Shown: positions 20,006 through 30,065 of the stretch, piece after piece | How the letters are laid out: each line of letters opens with the position of its first letter | How positions within the stretch are numbered: the first letter of the stretch is position 1 | Assembly (NCBI GenBank): GCA_964520325.1 | Contig: CAZFOB010000002.1 | Coordinates: forward strand, 58,723 to 122,722 | Direction: 5' to 3' | Length of the DNA: 64,000 nucleotides | Origin: an uncultured Actinomycetes bacterium | GTDB taxonomy: Bacteria; Actinomycetota; JAICYB01 | Made by a program: the position numbers and the translations under genes | Notes under the pieces: model-generated | Database searches by the model: none | Seen by the model: the letters and a program-made list of their open reading frames with translations, nothing else | Told to the model about the DNA's origin: nothing

Positions 20006-20449
20006 ATGACTGGCGAAGTTCGCTGGGTGCCGAATCATCTGGTTCCCATCGAGGCCGAGCGCGAGGTTGTTTCCGGTGCGCTACGGGCGGCGATGGTCTT
20101 GCAGGAGCACCCCCAACATCGAGCAGCGCGCGCCGCCATGAACGTCATCACCGGAATCGACCCGGCGATCTTCGCCGACAAGAGCATCGGGATCATCGTG
20201 GCCGCGATCCAGACTGTCTATGTCGAGGCTGGCTCCGTCACGTTTTCGGCCGTTCTGGCCAAGCTTCACCACCGGCGCGAGCCCCAAGACGTGTTCCGTT
20301 GTCTCGACGCGACCTACGACTACGGGCTCGCGCCGATCGTCGGCATGGCGAAAACGGTCGAGCAAGTCCGCGCCGCCGCATCAGGTCGGAAGGCCTACAA
20401 CGACAGCCTCGACACGGCCGCGCGTATCTATCAGGGGGATACGCCGTGA
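20006..20449 (+). CDS. Hypothetical protein, weakly DnaB N-terminal-like
   Basis: PIEAEREVVSGAL resembles the DnaB-N start; couples to the next gene by GTGA overlap. Confidence 0.45.
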   Translation: MTGEVRWVPNHLVPIEAEREVVSGALRAAMVLQEHPQHRAARAAMNVITGIDPAIFADKSIGIIVAAIQTVYVEAGSVTFSAVLAKLHHRREPQDVFRCLDATYDYGLAPIVGMAKTVEQVRAAASGRKAYNDSLDTAARIYQGDTP

Positions 20450-21849
20450 GCCCGCTCATCGACCGCAACAATCATCTGATCGACACGCCCGACTCTGAAG
20501 GCGACGATCACGGTCGGCCGCCTCGCTTATACCCCCGCGCGACTGCTGCACAGCTGCACACCCCCCCACCGCTCGCTCGTGAGGAGGACATTCTTGGTCG
20601 CTTCGCTGACACGCTGACGCTGTGCGGCGTCGTTGGCGAAGACCGCAACGGCAAGGTGATGTTCCTCGCGTTGACAAGCCGGGTCCTGGACGAGCCGGTC
20701 TCGCTCGCTGTGAAAGGCGTGTCTAGTTCGGGGAAGTCGTACACCGTCGACACCACGTTGAGGTTCTTTCCGGAAGCGGCGTATATCCCCATGACCGCCA
20801 TGTCCGAGAAGGCGCTCATCTACATGAAGGAGGACTTCGCCCACCGGACTCTCGTGTTGTACGAGGCCGTGGCGCTCCGCGAGCAGCGAGAGAAGGTCGA
20901 GAGCAACCAGACCGCCTACTTCGTGCGGTCGCTGCTGAGTGAGGGTCGCATCTCCTATCCCGTCACGCAGAGGGACAAAGACGGGAACTTCGTGACGAGG
21001 ACCATCGTCAAGAACGGACCCACGAACCTCATCGTGACCACGACAGCAACGAGCCTGCACGGTGAAAACGAGACACGGCTGATATCGCTGCCGACCAACG
21101 ACAGCAACGATCAGACACGGGCGATCCTCGCGCAGCTGGCCGGGGTACGCACAGCCGGCGTCGACTTCACCGAGTGGCATCGGCTTCAGGAGTGGATCGA
21201 GACGGCCGAGCGTCGCGTCGTGATCCCTTATGCGCCCTACCTCGCCGAGAACGTTCCGCCGGTCGCTGTCCGTCTGCGCAGGGACTTTCGCTCGATTCTG
21301 CGCCTCATCGACACGCACGCCATCCTGCATCAGCTGAACCGGGACCGCGACGCGGACGGCCGGATCGTCGCCATCGAGGCCGATTACCTCGCGGTTCTCG
21401 GGCTCGTCGCCGACCTCATCGGCGACGGCGTCGGCGCGACCGTGCCGGACACGATGAGAGAAACCGTCGAGGCTGTCCGCGACCTGGGCGACGGAGCCGG
21501 CGCGACCGTGCTCAGCGTCGCAGAACGGTTGACGCTCGATCGGTCGGCCGCACAGCGACGACTGCGAGCCGCACGTGAGCGCGGCTATCTCGCGAACCAG
21601 GAAGAACGTCGAGGCCGGCCAGCGCGCTACGTGATTGGCGATCCGTTGCCGGACGAACTGATCCTGCTTCCGCACAGCTGCACACCCCCGGAGGATGAAC
21701 CCGCAGGTCAGGAGGGCGTGTGCACGTGTGCAGTCGATGCGGAGGGGAATGAGTGCTCCGAGGTCGCGAACACCTCGCCCGACCTGTTCACGTCCGGGAA
21801 CGGATCGACCGGCACCGTGGCGCACAAGTGCGAGCAAGGTGCGCCATGA
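20446..21849 (+). CDS. P-loop NTPase, putative replication helicase/primase-associated protein
   Basis: Walker A GVSSSGKS, LVLYE Walker B-like, ENETR, C-terminal winged-helix-like segment. Confidence 0.7.
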   Translation: MSPLIDRNNHLIDTPDSEGDDHGRPPRLYPRATAAQLHTPPPLAREEDILGRFADTLTLCGVVGEDRNGKVMFLALTSRVLDEPVSLAVKGVSSSGKSYTVDTTLRFFPEAAYIPMTAMSEKALIYMKEDFAHRTLVLYEAVALREQREKVESNQTAYFVRSLLSEGRISYPVTQRDKDGNFVTRTIVKNGPTNLIVTTTATSLHGENETRLISLPTNDSNDQTRAILAQLAGVRTAGVDFTEWHRLQEWIETAERRVVIPYAPYLAENVPPVAVRLRRDFRSILRLIDTHAILHQLNRDRDADGRIVAIEADYLAVLGLVADLIGDGVGATVPDTMRETVEAVRDLGDGAGATVLSVAERLTLDRSAAQRRLRAARERGYLANQEERRGRPARYVIGDPLPDELILLPHSCTPPEDEPAGQEGVCTCAVDAEGNECSEVANTSPDLFTSGNGSTGTVAHKCEQGAP

Positions 21850-22427
21850 GCATCCCCGCGATGATGTCGTCGGCATCGGTCGAATGGCCGACGCCACCCG
21901 ATCTGTTCGCCGCGCTCGACACCGAGTTCGCCTTCACGCTCGATCCGTGTGCGACCCGGGAGAACGCAAAGTGCTCCACGTATTACACGGCCACCGACGA
22001 CGGCCTAGCCCGGCCCTGGGCGCCACACCGCGTGTTCTGCAACCCGCCTTACGGCGCTAAAGCGACCGCGCGATGGGTTGAGAAAGGCTGGAACGAGGCG
22101 CAGCGCGGAGCCGTTGTCGTGCTCCTCATCCCGTCTCGTACGTGTACGAAGTGGTGGCATCGCTACGTTCAGCGAGCCGACGATCTCTGCTTCCTGCGGG
22201 GACGGCAGCGATTCGTCGGTGCCAGTGGCGCCGCTCCGTTCCCGTCGGCGGTAGTCGTCTTCCGCGGCCCTCGCAACGTTACGGCTCCGCCGGTGATTCG
22301 TAACGCCTGCGCCGAGTGCGGATGGCCCGTGTGGGGTCACCGCACCGACGCAATCTACTGCTCAGACGCACACCGGATGCGCGCGTATCGACGACGCCGG
22401 CAGAACGAACGAGGTCGCCGTGGGTAA
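21846..22427 (+). CDS. Phage-type DNA N6-adenine methyltransferase with C-terminal Zn-ribbon
   Basis: EWPTP, FTLDPCA, FCNPPY, LRGRQRF and APFPS, then CAEC...YCSDAH. Confidence 0.85.
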   Translation: MSIPAMMSSASVEWPTPPDLFAALDTEFAFTLDPCATRENAKCSTYYTATDDGLARPWAPHRVFCNPPYGAKATARWVEKGWNEAQRGAVVVLLIPSRTCTKWWHRYVQRADDLCFLRGRQRFVGASGAAPFPSAVVVFRGPRNVTAPPVIRNACAECGWPVWGHRTDAIYCSDAHRMRAYRRRRQNERGRRG

Positions 22428-22604
22428 GGTCGCCGCGCTCGGACAGGTGCCAGGCGACGACGAGATGCGCGGTCGCGCCGTCGATAGTCCGCGTCCGTCG
22501 AAACGATGCGCGCGCGAGGGTGGGCATGGTGCGTGTCGGACATCCGAGCGTTCCCACGCCCACGTCAAATGGGCCTGGCGCCCACGAGCAGCCGGAGGGT
22601 CGCA

Positions 22605-23156
22605 GTGAGTGCCGGCGAGTCCGGGCATGGTCGTGGCGCGAACTGGACACCGTCTCCTGCCTCTGGCGACCTGGCTCGGGGGTACTCATGGGAGGCGTTC
22701 ACGGACGGGAACGCTGCCGCGGTACGGCACGGAGCGTACTCGGAGCGCGCCGTAGATCCGCTTGCCCGGCTGGCACATGCCACGCTGAAGGAAGCTGCGC
22801 CGTGGATCACCGCGCCGGCCTTCTCGCACTCGCTGGCCGCGCTTTCGCGCGTAACCGCCCAAGTCACTCTGGTCGACCGCTATGTGACCGACGTCGGGCC
22901 GCTCGACGCAGATGGCAAGCCACGGGCAGCCGTCGAGCTACAGGTCCGGCTCGAACGTCTTGCCGCCGACCTGCGCTCACGACTCGGGCTCGACCCCTCG
23001 AGCTACGCCAAGATTCAGGCTGACCTCGCTGGCGCCGCCCGCGACGTCGGGCTCGAAGCTCTCCGCGCTGAAGGTGAGGCGATTCTTCGTGCCCGCGACC
23101 TGCGCCTAGAGGGGAGCGGACGTGATGCCGACGATTGTGCGAAGGAGCCTGAATGA
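22605..23156 (+). CDS. Terminase small subunit-like protein
   Basis: GGAGG then GTG; FTDGNAAAVRHGAYS and RLGLDPSS motifs; directly upstream of TerL. Confidence 0.55.
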   Translation: MSAGESGHGRGANWTPSPASGDLARGYSWEAFTDGNAAAVRHGAYSERAVDPLARLAHATLKEAAPWITAPAFSHSLAALSRVTAQVTLVDRYVTDVGPLDADGKPRAAVELQVRLERLAADLRSRLGLDPSSYAKIQADLAGAARDVGLEALRAEGEAILRARDLRLEGSGRDADDCAKEPE

Positions 23157-24638
23157 TGCGTCTAGGCGGCCTCGCTCGCTCCGTCCGGAAGCCGGCGCTC
23201 AGTCGTGCGCTCTCGATCCTGTTCGCTCTCGTGCTTGAGGACGGGCGTCGCTGGGAGACGCCGCTACGGGCTGGCAGGTCTCCGACGCGGAAGCCATCCT
23301 CGACCGTCGTCGCCGTCGCTTCTACCTGACACGACCCCGCGGCGGCTCCAAGACGACCGACCTCGCGGCCGTCGCGATCGTCATGCTCCTCGAACAGCTC
23401 CCCGAGAACAGTCGCTCATACGTCGTCGCCGTCGATCGTGATCAGGGCCGGCTATTCCGTGACGCCGTGCTCGGGTTCGTCGCACGGGACGCGTCCGGCG
23501 AGCTGGGACGTCTGCTCGCGGTCGACGCGTGGACGATTGCGAACGCGAGGAACGGTGCATCGGTGGAGATACTCGCCGCCGACGCAGCGGGCGCATGGGG
23601 CAAGCGGCCGCATCTGCTCATCGTCGACGAGTTCGCACAATGGCCGGCCACCCAACACACCAGCAGCTCTGGCGCGCGCTCTACTCCGCGCTCGGCAAGG
23701 TGTCGGACTCTCGGCTCGTCATCCTCACCACAGCCGGCGATCCCAGCTCTCACGCTTACAAGCTCCTAGAGCGTGCCCGGACGTCGCCGGAGTGGTTGGT
23801 CAACGAGGTCCCCGGCCCGGCACCGTGGATAGCGGCGTCCGATCTCGCCGAGGACCGTGCGGAGCTGCCGGCGTGGGAGTACGACCGTCTACACCGAAAC
23901 ATCTGGACGGCATCGGCCGACCGTCTCGTGCGTCCCGACGACCTGGCCCGCTGCGTTCGAGAGGTTGGCGACCTACCACCACGCCACGCGGTGCGATACG
24001 TCATCACCGTTGACGTTGGACTGGTTCATGACCGCACGGCCGTCGCGATCTGTCACGCTGAGCCGCAGCGACGGTCGAGCGCAATGCGACCCACGGAGTC
24101 GGCGGACGATGACCCGTACGGCTTCCGACGGTGGCAGCGATCGCAACGCGGTCCGGTCGACGACGCGCGCATCGTGCTCGACCGCTTGCAGGTGTGGGAG
24201 GGCACTCGTGACCGGCGCGTGTCGCTTGCCACTGTCGAGGACTGGATCGTCGGTGCGTCGCGCCTCTACAACGGCGCCGCCGTCTACTACGACCCGTTGC
24301 AGATGGAGCGGTTGGCCGAAAGTCTGCGCGACTTCGGTATCCGCACGCAGCGGGTGACGTTCAGCCTTCGCGAGAACTCGGAGCGAGCGATCCTTCTGCA
24401 CAAGCTCATCGCGGAAGCGCTGCTCTCGCTGCCGGACGACGTCGGACTCCTGGACGAGCTGGCGCACGTTCGCCTCGTCGAGTCATCGCCCGGCGTGTAC
24501 CGGCTCGACCATGACCGCAACCGCCACGACGATCGAGCCGTCGCGCTCGCAATGGCCGCTCAGGTGTTGGAGGGAGGAGGTCGGACGCGGGCAGGACCAC
24601 TGCAAATACAGGACCGCCGCCTAGCAGGGCGACGGTAA
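23153..24638 (+). pseudogene. Terminase large subunit, two frameshifts
   Basis: RPRGGSKT (Walker A), LLIVDEFA (Walker B), ILTTAG, VDVGLVHDRTAV and HDDRAVALA spread over three reading-frame segments; shifts at about 23255 and 23652. Confidence 0.8.
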
Positions 24639-24654
24639 GACGAGAGGAGGCAAC

Positions 24655-24855
24655 GTGTCGTGGACCGATGAAAAACTCGTCGCGAGTTCGCTAGGCCCGT
24701 CGTCAGCAGACACCGAGTGGGTCCTCGCGATTCACGCGCTGGGCGCGACGGCCGTACCGAACACCGCCGAGCGCTCCAAGCTCGTATGGCTCCGAGCGCG
24801 AAGCATTTCTGACCGACTGACGGCCGTCATCGACGCCGTACTCGCACGGAGTTAG
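24655..24855 (+). CDS. Hypothetical protein
   Basis: GAGGAGG RBS then GTG; lies in the element operon. Confidence 0.5.
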   Translation: MSWTDEKLVASSLGPSSADTEWVLAIHALGATAVPNTAERSKLVWLRARSISDRLTAVIDAVLARS

Positions 24856-24864
24856 GAGGAGACG

Positions 24865-25179
24865 ATGGAGCTTCGAGAATGGTTCCAGTCGCAGGAGCAT
24901 CCGCTCACAGACGGTGAGCAGGAAGCGATACGCGACCCGGAGAACATGACGGCCGAGACGCGAGGACGTCTGCGCGCACGCGGTGGGCTCGATCAGGTGC
25001 AGCGCGTAGCGACGGACCGCGCGATTGCACGGAGCGAGGCCGCGACCCCCGGCAAGAGCCCGACGCGAGCTGAGCTAGCCGATCGGAAGGACGCTTTCGA
25101 GCGCGGGCGGGAGCGGGCAAGGACCCACGCACCGCGGCGCTCATACGAGTTCGGCCCACGCGGAGGCGACGCAGCATGA
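24865..25179 (+). CDS. Hypothetical protein
   Basis: AGGAG RBS then ATG; ends GGDAA overlapping the next ATG, a phage-like operon pattern. Confidence 0.55.
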   Translation: MELREWFQSQEHPLTDGEQEAIRDPENMTAETRGRLRARGGLDQVQRVATDRAIARSEAATPGKSPTRAELADRKDAFERGRERARTHAPRRSYEFGPRGGDAA

Positions 25180-25430
25180 CGACCGAAACGAAACTCATTG
25201 ACTCGCCGGAGCTGGACGCTGCCAACGAGGAGTGTCGGCGATGCGCGGAAGCCTACGGAGACGCGATGCGCAAGTGGACCGAACTTGACCACCGCGTCCG
25301 TGCGATGCCTCGGTGGTCAGAGGAACGATCCGCGGCCGAGGCCGAGTTCCCCGCGGTGCAACGTAACGTCGAGCGAACGCGGTATGAGCGCGATGAGGCC
25401 TTCCGCGCTCGTGACGCTCGATGCGGCGCG
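25176..25430 (+). pseudogene. Coiled-coil hypothetical protein truncated by the LSR fragment
   Basis: Helical N-terminal part runs into antisense LSR sequence at about 25430. Confidence 0.4.
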
Positions 25431-25869
25431 GCGCGAGCGGTCGGTTCTTCCCTGAGCGAAGGTGCTGCTGCGCCCGCGCGAACAGCTCGGGCGAGACGAT
25501 CTCGTCATGGACGATCTCTGACGACCAGACCCAGTCCTCCGTGCTGTTCCAGACCATCTTCGTCTCGTAGCCCAACGAAACGTCTTCGAGGCTCTTCAGT
25601 CGTTCGTCCCGACGCTGACGGTTCCATACCTGTCGGCCGGTGTAGCGCGGGTTCCGGAGGATCGCCGCGACTGCGCTCTTCGCCCACGCACCGCCGCTCG
25701 ACTGGCGATGACGATTGCGAGCAGGATCGGCGGCAGACGGTGATGGCACGCCGTCAGCAGTGAGCCCCTCGGCGATCGCGTAGAAGCCGCGACCAGCGAT
25801 GTACTCGCGGAAGATCCGCTCCACGATCGGAGCCGTCGTGGGCTCGGCTTCGAGGCGATGCAGTCGCTG
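25420..25869 (-). pseudogene. Internal fragment of a paralogous large serine recombinase
   Basis: ERIFREYIAGRGFYAIAEGLTADGVPSPSAADPARNRHRQSSGGAWAKSAVAAILRNPRYTGRQVWNRQ closely matches the 17044-18693 protein. Confidence 0.9.
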
Positions 25870-25888
25870 ACCGATCGCCGCATGAGAA

Positions 25889-25957
25889 ACTGTGGCTCAG
25901 GAGGCCGGGCAGTTCTCGTGATCGCCAACACCGGGGTTCAAGTCCCCTCAGCCACCC
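25889..25957 (+). other. Interrupted 3' half of tRNA-His(GTG), probable att remnant
   Basis: CT-GTG-GC-TCAGG-AGGCC-GGG, an insert of about 23 nt, then GGGG-TTCAAGT-CCCCT-CAGCCAC-CC. Confidence 0.6.
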
Positions 25958-26407
25958 TCGGTACACCGCAGGTCGTGTCGTGGTCCGCGCGGTGGCGCAC
26001 GGGTACGAACAGCGTTCGGTGTCAGCCCCTATCAACGGGAGCGCAGATCGTGACCGTTTTTGGAACCGACGTGGGCGGCGAAACCGGTGAACAGCTTCGC
26101 CACGCCGACGCCATCCTCGACTACGGCACGCTTCGCACTACCTAAGGCACGGGTGGGAACCGTCGCCCGGAAGCGCAGCTCACGACGGGAAAGCATGGCC
26201 CGAAGACATGAGGGCGACGGTTGGCCGCGTCGTTATCGACTGCGTCGGCATTCCGTGAAGCGCCCTACGCTTCGCGCGGTGGCGACATGCGCAACGACCG
26301 CGACGGGATCTTCGCACAGAGCGGTGGCCACATCACGCTGCGTCCTACGGAGAAGTACGACGGCTACCCGACCTTCGAGGTCGGCCTGCACCTGCGGTAG
26401 TACACGA

Positions 26408-26761
26408 TTACACGTTGTGCAACATGTAAGGAACCCCGAAGAACGTGTCGCCCAGAAATTCTCTGATCTCGCTGCGCGTCTCTACGTTGTCGTAGGTAAT
26501 CTCAACAACGGCCTTTTCGCGACACGCTTGACGGGGGCTCGACGCCTGGACCCAAACGGAGCCGCCTGTGTTTGGCAGGTCCTCAAGCTTAGAAATTGCG
26601 TCCACGTGTGACCGGAGGACGCGATTCACTAGTGCCCGCGATGGTAGCTCGGAGCACGGAGGGGTGGACGGCACGTGCGAGGAAGCGAGCACTAGCCACG
26701 TTCCGATCCCGAGCGTTGCCAAGGTGACGACAGCCGCGAGCCCCCACCGACGGCTTCTCAT
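26408..26761 (-). CDS. Small membrane-anchored hypothetical protein
   Basis: N-terminal TM helix, two Cys, ends FFGVPYMLHNV. Confidence 0.6.
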   Translation of the reverse strand: MRSRRWGLAAVVTLATLGIGTWLVLASSHVPSTPPCSELPSRALVNRVLRSHVDAISKLEDLPNTGGSVWVQASSPRQACREKAVVEITYDNVETRSEIREFLGDTFFGVPYMLHNV

Positions 26762-26874
26762 TCGGCCCAAACAGTCGTTCTCGGACCGGACATCGAGCTG
26801 AGGACGGTCACCACACCGGGCCATTCCAGCCGACATCGCGGGAAATAGGCACGGGACTCCAGAGAGTCGACCAA

Positions 26875-27777
26875 CTAATGGTGCGCATGCCACCATCGAA
26901 CGTACAGTGGCCATACGGCATACGGCCATGGACCTGAACGCCAAATCTCCGGGTTCGGTTCACCTCCAGGATCCACCGTGTAGTTCTGCTCGCGAATGTT
27001 GCCGTTATTCATGATGTAAGCGTGGTCGCGGTACGTCGACAGCCCACAGATCGACGAACTGTACGTCTGAGGTCGCGTCCATCCGCCTCCCCATATCCCG
27101 CCTGGTGTCCGGTGATACCCAATCTCGGTCAGCCGAGCGGTCGCCTGCGGAATGCTCGTGTACTCGGTGAATGTGTTCCAGCGGTCTGCTGTTCGCGGGA
27201 AGGGTCGCCACCACGAGCCGCACCGGTAGTACGGATTGAACCGCTGCCAAAACGGGTCCGACTGGGAAGCGTCGTTGGTCGTCAGCAGATTGATCTTGAC
27301 TGCGACGGGCCAGAGATCGAGATACGTCACTTCGTCCATAGTCGGGGCGCCGTTGTCCTCCTCCGGTTTCGTTAGCGTCTGCACGAGCATGTCCACAGTT
27401 CCAGTAGTCACATCGTCATCCGAGAGATAATCCTGCATCGCAGCCGGTGGGTCGGGTTCGTTGAGCAGAATGTTGGCGACTTCGACGACTTGATAACTAA
27501 GTTCCGCTACCTTCGGATCGAGAACATAGGTCAGCAGATCTATCTCGTCTTCACAAGTGAACTCGACGGTCCCGTTATTCAGGTCTGAACAAGATGCGAG
27601 CACAGCGATGACCTGAGCGCCGATCGGTAGTCGACGAGCCTCGGCTCGAAGCTCGCGTAGGTCAATCCCCTTCGCCGCCACCACTGAACCTCTCGCCGTC
27701 GACAGAGGTGCGGCTGCAGCAAGCAACGCAACGATTGAGCTAACGACGACGAACCTTAAGTGTGCGCGTGTCTTCAT
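26875..27777 (-). CDS. Secreted protein with Trp/Tyr/Pro-rich C-terminal domain
   Basis: Signal peptide; C-terminus EPNPEIWRSGPWPYAVWPLYVRWWHAHH; visibly more AT-rich than core genes. Confidence 0.7.
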   Translation of the reverse strand: MKTRAHLRFVVVSSIVALLAAAAPLSTARGSVVAAKGIDLRELRAEARRLPIGAQVIAVLASCSDLNNGTVEFTCEDEIDLLTYVLDPKVAELSYQVVEVANILLNEPDPPAAMQDYLSDDDVTTGTVDMLVQTLTKPEEDNGAPTMDEVTYLDLWPVAVKINLLTTNDASQSDPFWQRFNPYYRCGSWWRPFPRTADRWNTFTEYTSIPQATARLTEIGYHRTPGGIWGGGWTRPQTYSSSICGLSTYRDHAYIMNNGNIREQNYTVDPGGEPNPEIWRSGPWPYAVWPLYVRWWHAHH

Positions 27778-28029
27778 CCTCGACCCCGTGTGTCGTTGAG
27801 CCTGTCCGTCCGCGAGAAAAGCGGGAGAGGTAATTTCTTATACCCATTCGACGGAGCCGCTCAAACAACTCGCGCTGATGGATCGGATGCCACCGACAGT
27901 TCTGGCGCGTCACGAGCAACCGAACGCGCTACTGGGCGAGCGCCAGCTGGCGCACCTGCGTGAAACGGACCGCCATGTGCTTGATCCCAGCGGTGAAATT
28001 CGAGCGCAGATGCGAGATGTCGCCGACCG

Positions 28030-28170
28030 GATCCTTCCCGGACTTGACGGCTTTGACGCTGCGCCTCAGGGCCTCTATCAGATCGGCGGCGGCAGCCGGT
28101 TCCGGACCGCTCTGTGGAACGACGATGTCCTTGCCCGCGACCTTCTTCCGTACAGCCGCCTTGAGGGCCT
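28030..28170 (-). pseudogene. Ku (NHEJ) C-terminal fragment
   Basis: ALKAAVRKKVAGKDIVVP...ADLIEALRRSV resembles the Ku tail. Confidence 0.55.
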
Positions 28171-28333
28171 TTTTAGTACTCGTCCCGCACGCTGACAAAC
28201 CAGAGGACGGCCCGCAGTAGTGTGACGCGGTGCTGACGACGGAGCTCGAGATCGACGCGCGTGAGATCGACAGCGAGTGGACGCGTCATAGCGGCGCGTC
28301 TAGCAGAACCCGGCAGTCCGTGCTCGCGAGGAC

Positions 28334-28615
28334 TCACGAGCCTCCTTCGCGCTCGTAGAGCCGCTCGACTTCGTCCGATGTCAGCTCGCGAGATGAGATG
28401 AGCCTGGCACCTTCGCCGGGGACCGACGTGTCGATCGTCCACGTCACATCGCACGTCGCACAACCGCTCTGGCGCCGCTCCATGTGATCGCGTACGGCGT
28501 CAGGTGCAAGTTCGGTGCGATGAACTTCCAGGACTCCATCGAGCCGTCGCAGACCGGGCACAAAGCTCTCGGAGACGCGAGCGATGGCCTTTGGGAGTCC
28601 GGATAGCGAAGTCAT
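28334..28615 (-). CDS. Hypothetical protein
   Basis: 93-aa ORF directly after the att-tail stop; ends EGGS with GTGA overlap. Confidence 0.4.
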   Translation of the reverse strand: MTSLSGLPKAIARVSESFVPGLRRLDGVLEVHRTELAPDAVRDHMERRQSGCATCDVTWTIDTSVPGEGARLISSRELTSDEVERLYEREGGS

Positions 28616-28625
28616 TTCGGCTTCA

Positions 28626-28930
28626 TCATCGTTGCACCGTCGGGAGAATCAAGTCCGCTGTGATCGAGGGTGGGTTACATGGAGCAAACGCCCCTCCGAC
28701 ACGTCCATCGGTATACATGCCGAGCGGTAACTCGACCGATACCTGGTCGCGAATCTTCGGGCTCCACTCGATCCTGAGCCCGAGTCCTCGGTAGAGCTCG
28801 GCCTTTCGATCTGGTGCGGCGGACCGGAGCGCCTTCACCGGATCTCGCAGGCCAAGTACCAGCCCACGTATGCGGCTTTCGGTCAGCGGTTCAGCATCAC
28901 CAGCCTTGAGGTGCAGCTGAGCGGAGCCTC
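28626..28930 (-). pseudogene. LSR C-terminal remnant reading through an att core
   Basis: LRDPVKALRSAAPDRKAELYRGLGLRIEWSP...RVGG matches LSR KRKLYESLGLSLTFDP...RVGG. Confidence 0.8.
28691..28702 (+). repeat. att core copy 2 (tRNA-Leu 3' end)
   Basis: CCCCTCCGACAC, exact. Confidence 0.85.
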
Positions 28931-29109
28931 CGGCGCGCCCCTACTTGCCATCCGCACGCTCCTCGGTCTCGACGCGGACGGCGGATCTCTTGCGTCGAAG
29001 GCACACCTCCCCGACCAGGTGAACAGGCTTGCACTGCGGAACGTCGCCTTCCGGGGCACAAGGATCGACGTCTCGTAAAGCGCGTTGTTGCCGACTCGAT
29101 CTCAGCGCT

Positions 29110-29510
29110 CACCGCCGACCAGACGCGAGAAGTCGATCGGGTCATGGTCTCCGACCTCCACATCGGCCTCGTTCAGATGATGGAGAACGCCGGGCGGAAT
29201 CTCGCGGACCTGGTGCCACACCCTTCGCGCCCGCGCCCGCCGGTCCGGCGGCACCGGTGGCGGCGGTCTCGTCCAGGTCGTTGTCGCGCGACGCGACAAG
29301 GCGCTGGATCCGGTAACAGCCGACCAGCTCAACATCGTCCGGCGCATGGACCTCCTCGTTTCCGACGAGCCGGTGGAGGCCGACGTCGTCTTCGACGCCA
29401 TCATCGGATGCAGCTTCCTCTTGGGAGCTGTCAGAGGCCCAACCGCGGGCCTTGCCGGAGCCGCCGCGTGGGCGGAGGCGACGCAGCGACTACCCGGACC
29501 GCCGGAGGTG
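29110..29510 (+). pseudogene. NAD(P)HX epimerase (YjeF-N) remnant
   Basis: LVQMMENAGRNLA and DVVFDAIIG fragments in different frames. Confidence 0.55.
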
Positions 29511-29603
29511 TGAGGAGGATCGAACGCATAGGGATGACACTCACCGGGTATGGGGTTGACCAGGCCGCTTAGCAGATCCGAGACGCACAGGAGGTACTCA
29601 CGC

Positions 29604-29819
29604 ATGACCGAAGAGCAGGCCACCATCACGCCGAGCGACGACGGGCCGATCATCGTCCGCGGACCGCTACGGCTCGTCGACGCCGACGGCAACGAGTGGG
29701 ACGTCTCCGGCCGCGAGGTCGTTGCGCTCTGTCGATGCGGCCGGTCTGAGAACAAGCCGTTCTGTGACGGCACCCACTCCAAGGTCGGCTTCTCGTCCAA
29801 GCCGCGGGCCGACGGCTGA
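29604..29819 (+). CDS. CDGSH iron-sulfur domain protein
   Basis: AGGAGG then ATG; LCRCGRSENKPFCDGTH. Confidence 0.9.
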   Translation: MTEEQATITPSDDGPIIVRGPLRLVDADGNEWDVSGREVVALCRCGRSENKPFCDGTHSKVGFSSKPRADG

Positions 29820-29851
29820 GCCTTCCGGTGACCCCCGGACGGGGGACGTGA

Positions 29852-30050
29852 TTGAGTCGCCTGCAGCAGCTGCATCGGGCGGGCCAGGCCGTCTGGCTCG
29901 ACTACCTGCGTCGGGGGCTCGTGACATCGGGGCGAGCTCGGACGGAGCGTGCTCCGGGACTCCCTTACCGGGGTCACGTCGAACCCCACCATCTTCGGAC
30001 AGGCCATCGGTGGGTCCACCGACTACGACGACGCCCTGCGCGCTTGGCGG
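29852..30050 (+). pseudogene. tal: Transaldolase N-terminal fragment
   Basis: GQAVWLDYLRRGL and GVTSNPTIF, frameshifted and truncated. Confidence 0.8.
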
Positions 30051-30065
30051 ACGCCGGCGCGCGTG

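Larger units (their letters stand above)
17063..25430. mobile_element. Phage-satellite-like integrative element (right end disrupted)
   Basis: LSR, regulator, divergent XRE HTH, DnaB-N-like ORF, P-loop replication protein, Dam-type MTase, TerS-like and TerL. No capsid or portal seen. Confidence 0.7.

Noticed and set aside
26250-26400. Fragment resembling an intradiol dioxygenase C-terminus (YASRGGDMRNDRDGIF)
   Set aside because: Too short to call with confidence.
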